DNA of 48,216 nt from a virus. Its lineage: Duplodnaviria > Caudoviricetes. The DNA lies in IMG/VR virus record IMGVR_UViG_3300037474_000129, positions 1-48,216 of that record; one strand, given 5' to 3'. A program made the translations under genes and the position numbers. This document shows, piece by piece, positions 42,758 through 48,216 of this stretch. Each line of letters starts with the position of its first letter. The first letter of the stretch is position 1. The notes beneath the pieces were generated by a model. That model had not been told where the DNA came from and searched no databases. It saw only the letters and a program-made list of their open reading frames with translations.

Positions 42758-45282
42758 TCCCAGCCCTCATTTACGTTCAGCGCGTGCACTGGGCCGTGGT
42801 GCCGCTTCACTCCGTGCGAGCGGACGGCAAGTGCAGCTGCGAGCCGCGCCACGATGGCAAGCCGTGCACCTCCCTGGGCAAGCACCCTCGGCTGAACGAC
42901 TGGACCTCCCAAGCGTCCTCGGATCCCGCCGTCATCACCACATGGTCCGAGCAGTGGCCCGACATGAACGTCGGGATCGCAACGGGTACGCCTTCCGGGT
43001 TCTTCGTCCTCGACGTCGATGGACCTATCGGCGAACAGTCCCTCGCCCAGCTCGTCGCCAAACACGGCCCCCTGCCCCTCACCGCGCAGCAGCAGACCGG
43101 CTCAGGGGGTTCGCACTACCTCTTCAAGCTCCCGGGATACCCGGTAACGAACTCCGCTGGGCGGCTCGGCCGCGGGCTCGACATCCGCGGCGACGGGGGA
43201 CAGATAGTCGTTTCTCCTTCCCGTTCAGCTCGGGGCCCCTACCGCTGGGTTCATCGGCCCTGGGACGTTCCGCCCGCGGAAGCCCCTGCCTGGCTCCTGA
43301 CAGAGCTCCGCAGGGCACCTGCAACCCGGCCAGCTCCGACGGACCGCGGGTACTTCCCGCCGGCCTCCCCCGCCGTTCTCGACGAGGCACGCGAGGCGCT
43401 CGAGCAGCACGGCCCAGCTGTCGACGGCGACGGCGGTGGGCTGCATACCGTCCACGCTGCGGCGATCCTTACCCACGACTTCGCCCTCACCGACGATGAA
43501 GCTTGGCCCCTGTTCCTCGGATGGAACGCCACGTGCGAGCCGCCCTGGGAGCCCGACGAGCTCCGTGTTCGTCTCGAGCGAGGCCGGAAGTACGGCAAGC
43601 TCGCCTATGGGTGCCGCCGAGCGATCGACGCCGTCGAGGCAGCCCGGAAGCTTGTCGCGGACTGGCAGGCGGCGGGCGCCCAAGAGGCGACGATGCTGGA
43701 CGTGATCGCGAAGTGCCGCCCCCTCGCGGCCCTCTCCGCTGATCCCTCCCGACACGCTCTCATTTTCAAGGCCCTCCATGAGGCAACCGGACTCAGCGCC
43801 AAAGCGCTAGCACTCCCGAAGCCTAACCCGCCCAGCACGCCCCTCAAACAGGGCGAGATCCGGTGCTCCACCGATCTCCATCGTGTGGCCGACGAGGCAG
43901 AGCGCGCCATAGCGCCTCACGTCTTCAGCCGGAACGGCGTCCTTTGCGAAGTCGTCCATGCTGAACGCACCTGGATCGCCGAGCTGGAACCCCCTCGCAT
44001 CATCGATCTCATGAGCCAGTCAGCCGTCTTCGTCCAGAACGACGAGCAGAAGGGAATCCGGACGACGGCTCCGCCCCCGACGGTGGCATCGATCCTTCAC
44101 TCCCGGCGCTCCCACCCCGGAGTTCGAGTCCTCGAGGCCGTGACGACGGCGCCAGTGTTCCTCGCCGACGGGAACATCCTCCAGGACCGCGGGTACAACG
44201 AGCAGGCGCGCGTCTTCCTCGAGCCGAACGTCACGGTGTGGGTTCCGGATTCCCCTACGCTCGAGGACGCCAGGGCGGCTGTTCGCCTGTTCCGCGAGCT
44301 CGTGAGCGACTTCACCTTCGCCAGCCGCGCCGACTTTTCCAGCTGGCTCTGCGCGGTCCTCACGCCCCTCGTCAAGGCTGCCACGGGGAACGCGCCTTCC
44401 CCGTTGATCTGCATCTCGGCCAGCTCGCCGGGCGCGGGGAAGACGCTCCTTACTGAACTCGCCGCGGCGATCGTTACTGGCGGCTCCGCCCAGGTCCGCC
44501 CTTACACCCCCAAGGACGCCAGCGAGTGGCCCAAGAAAATCACGGCTTTCGTCAAGGCTGCCTCGCCGATCTCCGTGTTCGACAACGTCAACGGAGCCAT
44601 CGGCGACGCTCACCTCGATCAGCTCATTACCGCCAGCACTTGGAGTGATCGTCAGCTCGGCGCGTCCGATGCCCCTCCCCTTCCGAACGTCACCACCTGG
44701 CTGGCCACCGGCAACAACATCGAACCCCACGGCGACACCGTCCGCCGAGTGCTGATGGTCCGACTTGAAGTGCTCACCGAGCGGCCGGCGGAGCGAACGG
44801 GATTCAAACACCCGCTCCTCGTCGAATACGCGCTCCAGCGTCGCTCCGAACTCCTGGGGGCTGCGCTCACGCTGCTGAGGGCCTACCACGTCGCGGGACG
44901 CCCCGAGCAGCCCTTGCCCGCCTGGGGCTCGTTCCCGGCGTGGTCGGCGCTCGTCCGAGCGGCGCTGGTGTGGGTGGGTGCCGCGGACCCGTACCTCACG
45001 CAGAAACGGGCCCAGGATGAGCTCAACGAACCCGAGCACGACGCCCATGACTTCTGGCTCTCGGTGGTGGGAGCTTCGGACGGCCTTGCGAGCTCCATAG
45101 CGCTTCTGGCGAACCAGCGCGACGCACAGAGTGTTTTGGGACTGCGCGAGTCGATGACGCCGCTCCACCTGCGCCGGTTCATCAACCGATTCGTGGATAA
45201 GCCGCGGGCGGGGCGGTGGATCCGACGTCGGCGCGACGGCGCCCAGAATCAGACCGTGTACGTCGTGGAGGCGGTGCCATGA
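42754..45282 (+). CDS. Bifunctional primase-polymerase fused to a P-loop (helicase-like) domain
   Basis: GKHP, NVGIATG, VLDVD, TGSGGSHY, DIRGDGG; PPW..EL; SPGAGKT, FDNV, TGNN. Confidence 0.9.
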   Translation: MIPALIYVQRVHWAVVPLHSVRADGKCSCEPRHDGKPCTSLGKHPRLNDWTSQASSDPAVITTWSEQWPDMNVGIATGTPSGFFVLDVDGPIGEQSLAQLVAKHGPLPLTAQQQTGSGGSHYLFKLPGYPVTNSAGRLGRGLDIRGDGGQIVVSPSRSARGPYRWVHRPWDVPPAEAPAWLLTELRRAPATRPAPTDRGYFPPASPAVLDEAREALEQHGPAVDGDGGGLHTVHAAAILTHDFALTDDEAWPLFLGWNATCEPPWEPDELRVRLERGRKYGKLAYGCRRAIDAVEAARKLVADWQAAGAQEATMLDVIAKCRPLAALSADPSRHALIFKALHEATGLSAKALALPKPNPPSTPLKQGEIRCSTDLHRVADEAERAIAPHVFSRNGVLCEVVHAERTWIAELEPPRIIDLMSQSAVFVQNDEQKGIRTTAPPPTVASILHSRRSHPGVRVLEAVTTAPVFLADGNILQDRGYNEQARVFLEPNVTVWVPDSPTLEDARAAVRLFRELVSDFTFASRADFSSWLCAVLTPLVKAATGNAPSPLICISASSPGAGKTLLTELAAAIVTGGSAQVRPYTPKDASEWPKKITAFVKAASPISVFDNVNGAIGDAHLDQLITASTWSDRQLGASDAPPLPNVTTWLATGNNIEPHGDTVRRVLMVRLEVLTERPAERTGFKHPLLVEYALQRRSELLGAALTLLRAYHVAGRPEQPLPAWGSFPAWSALVRAALVWVGAADPYLTQKRAQDELNEPEHDAHDFWLSVVGASDGLASSIALLANQRDAQSVLGLRESMTPLHLRRFINRFVDKPRAGRWIRRRRDGAQNQTVYVVEAVP

Positions 45283-46577
45283 TCTACGGTTCGGTGTGTT
45301 CTGGCATCGAAGCAGCGACGGTCGCCTGGCACCCTCTCGGCTGGCGCCCCGCCTGGTTCTCCGAGATCGAGGACTTCCCTTCCCGAGTTCTCGCCCACCA
45401 CTACCCCCACGCGAGGAACCATGGAGACTTCACCACCATCCGAGATAGTGAGCCGATCGACCTCCTTGTCGGGGGAACTCCCTGTCAATCGTTCAGCGTC
45501 GCAGGACTCCGAGGGGGCCTCGAGGACGAACGAGGAAACCTCGCTCTTGAGTATTGCAGGCTTGCTCAGCGTCTTCGGCCGCGGTGGGTCGTCTGGGAAA
45601 ATGTCCCCGGTGTCTTGTCATCGAACGGAGGACGGGACTTTGGTGCCATCCTCGGGGCGTTGGCAGAGCTCGGGTATGGCGTCGCCTACCGAGTGCTGGA
45701 CGCTCAGTTCGTCGGAGGCTGTGAGGTGCACGGAGAGCCATTCCTTTGGGGACCGGTGCCCCAACGCCGCAGGCGGGTCTTCGCTGTCGGATATCTTGGA
45801 GACTGGCGACGTGCCGCGGCGGTACTTTTTGAGCCCGAAAGCCTGCGCAGGGATCCTCCGGAGAGCCGAAAAAAGGGGAAAGCGGCTGCCAGAAGCTCTC
45901 GACGCCGCACTGAAAGCGGTGGCGTCGCAGGAACGTTGAACGCGAACGGAAAGGCGGCTGGTTCGGCAACCCAGCAAGATGCTGAAACGAACTTGCTCAT
46001 CCCGACGGTTGCCGGAACGCTCGGCGGAGGTTCCGGCAACCGAGGATGGGCTTGTGACACGGACAGAATGACGTTCATCCCTCAGACGGTAGGAGCTCTC
46101 ACGGCAAGGTTCACGCGCCGTGTCCACGGCGCGTCGGGCATCAACAGCCAGTATGTCAACGCAGGCCACGTACTGGCCTTCCACCTCACGCAGGACCCGA
46201 TCTCAGGGCCGGTTTCACCGGCCCTTGCGGCTGGCAATCGGCAGGGGTGCGCGTCAATCGGGGTCGCCTACGGCCGGAACAACACATCAGGGCCGATCAG
46301 CACCTCGCACGCTCTGAGCGCCCATGAGGCCCACCATGGGCGCCTCGACTTCGAAACAGAGACGTTCATCGTCCAAGCAGCGGTGAGGCGCCTCACCCCC
46401 CGCGAGTGCGAACGTCTCCAGGGGTTCCCGGATGACTACACGGCGATTCCGGGAGCTGCAGACGGCCCCCGCTACCGTGCCCTCGGCAACTCCATGGCAG
46501 TCCCCGTGATGCGATGGATCGGGCGACGGATCGAGCGTGTTGAGAACATCATGCGCCGGTTCAACGTCCCCCGCTGA
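45279..46577 (+). CDS. dcm: C5 cytosine DNA methyltransferase
   Basis: SVCSGIEA, GGTPCQSFS, WENV, PQRRRRVF, RRLTPRECERLQGFPD, LGNS. Confidence 0.95.
   Translation: MIYGSVCSGIEAATVAWHPLGWRPAWFSEIEDFPSRVLAHHYPHARNHGDFTTIRDSEPIDLLVGGTPCQSFSVAGLRGGLEDERGNLALEYCRLAQRLRPRWVVWENVPGVLSSNGGRDFGAILGALAELGYGVAYRVLDAQFVGGCEVHGEPFLWGPVPQRRRRVFAVGYLGDWRRAAAVLFEPESLRRDPPESRKKGKAAARSSRRRTESGGVAGTLNANGKAAGSATQQDAETNLLIPTVAGTLGGGSGNRGWACDTDRMTFIPQTVGALTARFTRRVHGASGINSQYVNAGHVLAFHLTQDPISGPVSPALAAGNRQGCASIGVAYGRNNTSGPISTSHALSAHEAHHGRLDFETETFIVQAAVRRLTPRECERLQGFPDDYTAIPGAADGPRYRALGNSMAVPVMRWIGRRIERVENIMRRFNVPR
45421..45939 (+). CDS. Overprinted alternative-frame ORF inside dcm (M.EcoHK31I beta-like)
   Basis: SSLSDILE..VPRRYFLSPKACAGILRRAEKRGK.LP..L..AL. 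Confidence 0.55.
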   Translation: METSPPSEIVSRSTSLSGELPVNRSASQDSEGASRTNEETSLLSIAGLLSVFGRGGSSGKMSPVSCHRTEDGTLVPSSGRWQSSGMASPTECWTLSSSEAVRCTESHSFGDRCPNAAGGSSLSDILETGDVPRRYFLSPKACAGILRRAEKRGKRLPEALDAALKAVASQER

Positions 46578-47121
46578 GTTCCATCCCGATCAGCCGGGCG
46601 AACGCGGTCTCGAACACCACCCTGCCCCGCTGCAGCGCCAGCTCAGGCACCCGGCCGTCTGCCATCGAATCCGCCACGTTCAGGCCCAGCCTGTGGCCCA
46701 TGGGGTAGCGCGCCTTCCCAGGGCGCAGGAACACGCCCTTTCGGCCGCCCCGCGACGCTGCCAGAAACGCTGACTGGATCAGTGATCGCTTGCCCACCTG
46801 AACCTCGACGCTCACTCCCCTTCGTGTCTGCCGGCGCGGGTACTCCCCGAGCGGCACAGCAGCCCCAGACACGTCCACGCGCCACACGAGGCCCTCAAGC
46901 CGCTCAGCGCCCTTCGGATACACCAGGGGGAGGGCACGGTTCGCCAGGTAGCCGGCGCGGATGCGAACGCGCTCTCGCACGCGGCGCTTCGCCTCAGCTC
47001 GAACGGCTCGGATGGCGTCCCCACCGGCTTTCTTGGTGGTGCTCAGAACGGCGCGCTCGAGCCTCGATTTGCGGATGAAGCCAAGCGACTTCGCATCCCA
47101 GCTGACGGTGAGCGTAGGCAT
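46561..47121 (-). CDS. Minor tail protein, lambda gpZ-like, displaced from the tail operon
   Basis: Very basic; GVSV.V..GKR..I.SAF.A...G.KGVF.R.GKARYP. Confidence 0.75.
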   Translation of the reverse strand: MPTLTVSWDAKSLGFIRKSRLERAVLSTTKKAGGDAIRAVRAEAKRRVRERVRIRAGYLANRALPLVYPKGAERLEGLVWRVDVSGAAVPLGEYPRRQTRRGVSVEVQVGKRSLIQSAFLAASRGGRKGVFLRPGKARYPMGHRLGLNVADSMADGRVPELALQRGRVVFETAFARLIGMELSGGR

Positions 47122-47133
47122 ACCGCAAGGGTA

Positions 47134-47565
47134 TCACAGCAGTCGCCAGAACGATTCGACAGGCCGTTCCCAGCGGTCTCTCTCCTCGCTCTCAGCGCCG
47201 CTCACGCGCCCGCGATTCTGAAGCGCCTTGAGGCCGTTATAGGCGTCCTTCCTCAGCAACCCAGCCTCTGACGCCAGCTGTGCGAGCTCGAACCTAAACG
47301 CCTCCCCAGGAGCCAACAGCCGCGTGAATGCTTGGAGCAACGCGAGCTCGTTCTTCGTGAGCCCTCCGCCGAGCCTCCCGCGGATGTTCGGCTGCTTGGC
47401 GGCCCACGCGTGTAACGCATCGTCGGTCCACCGCGCCATGGCGTCAGTGAGGAACATCTCCGCCAAGACGCTCTGGGAGACGCCTATTGCCTCAGCCCGT
47501 TCTCTGAGACGTTGGGTCACACCTCTGTCGACGTTGTACCCAACCGGGGATTTCACGGGGGGCAC
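47134..47565 (-). CDS. DNA-binding protein, RHH-like N-terminus plus wHTH C-terminus
   Basis: VGYNVDRGVTQRLRERAEAIGVSQSVLAE; LTKNE..LAQLASEAGL..AYNGLKALQNRG. Confidence 0.7.
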   Translation of the reverse strand: MPPVKSPVGYNVDRGVTQRLRERAEAIGVSQSVLAEMFLTDAMARWTDDALHAWAAKQPNIRGRLGGGLTKNELALLQAFTRLLAPGEAFRFELAQLASEAGLLRKDAYNGLKALQNRGRVSGAESEERDRWERPVESFWRLL

Positions 47566-47825
47566 TCCTCAGGCGGAAAGCCCATGTCCAGGAGTTCTTG
47601 ACGAGTGAGGGGTGGAAGAGGAGGGGCCAGTGCGGGCTGAACGGGTGCTGAAGCACTCGGGGACGAGACACTGCGTACGCTCGGCGTCAGCGTCACAGCC
47701 GCACCCGATGCTAATCCGCGCTCCAGATAGCACTCGACCAGTCGGCTTTGCGTAATCCCGAGCGAGTCTGCCCTGACTGCAATCGCCTTCCTCAAGTCCT
47801 CGTTGATGTTGTACTGAGCACGCAT
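47553..47825 (-). CDS. Ribbon-helix-helix (Arc/CopG-like) regulator
   Basis: AQYNINEDLRKAIAVRADSLGITQSRLVECYLERGL; GAGGAG SD. Confidence 0.7.
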   Translation of the reverse strand: MRAQYNINEDLRKAIAVRADSLGITQSRLVECYLERGLASGAAVTLTPSVRSVSSPSASAPVQPALAPPLPPLTRQELLDMGFPPEECPP

Positions 47826-47850
47826 GCGGCACTCCTCGGTGAGTCAGTGC

Positions 47851-47878
47851 AGAGTGCCAGATTCCAGATTCCAGTCAA
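47851..47878 (-). promoter_or_regulatory. Putative RHH operon promoter whose spacer is the operator
   Basis: TTGACT-GGAATCTGGAATCTGG(16)-CACTCT. Confidence 0.6.
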
Positions 47879-48204
47879 CCCAACATCGAGGGCCGCGGAC
47901 TAACTACGCGAAACCATTGACAGTGCCTGTCCGGTGAGACTGCGGGCCTCCCTACGGCTATATCCTTCTCCCTCTCTGTCTAAATAATATCTTATGATTT
48001 CAGAGAGATAGACTCTCCCTCCTTAGGGGTAATGGGGGATCTACTCCGGAACTCCTGAAAGGAAATGTAATCATCAATCATTTCAGCGGGTTGCACGACG
48101 AATTCACTCACAGTGCGTCCAACTTCACCGATATTGCGCGTCGCCACCTACCTATGCCTACACCCCCATACACGTAGGTTCTTCCGGGCCACCCCCAAGG
48201 CACG

Positions 48205-48216
48205 GGTGCGTAGAAT
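48205..48216. repeat. Right copy of 12-bp terminal direct repeat
   Basis: GGTGCGTAGAAT identical to positions 2-13. Confidence 0.7.

Overview
The window looks like a complete ~48.2 kb high-GC temperate phage genome. A 12-bp direct repeat sits at both ends, just upstream of terS. The host is most likely a myxobacterium (Myxococcales); this is inferred from a myxobacterial kinase-type Cys-rich domain and a host-like kdsB. Layout: lambda-like packaging and head genes (148-8357), Mu-like contractile tail and baseplate (8361-19315), leftward lipoprotein genes, a holin/secreted-protein/peptidase/phosphoesterase block (20808-25224), a putative attP region (~26290-26560), and a leftward arm carrying kdsB, integrase, xis, an MT-A70 methylase, PolA, a PD-(D/E)XK nuclease and an AAA ATPase. 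A rightward replication arm follows (SSB-like, SF2 helicase, VRR-NUC, HNH, prim-pol, Dcm), then leftward gpZ-like and RHH genes and an AT-rich cos region. The most unusual observations are: (1) two anticodon-less tRNA-like RNAs that share a GGUGAC apex, each in a structured intergenic region; (2) a kinase-less membrane protein carrying a myxobacterial Ser/Thr-kinase C-terminal domain; (3) a CAGATTC-tandem operator overlapping most predicted promoters, with no recognisable CI repressor; (4) a full-length kdsB beside the att-like region. All protein calls come from reading motifs and synteny by eye; no database searches were run.
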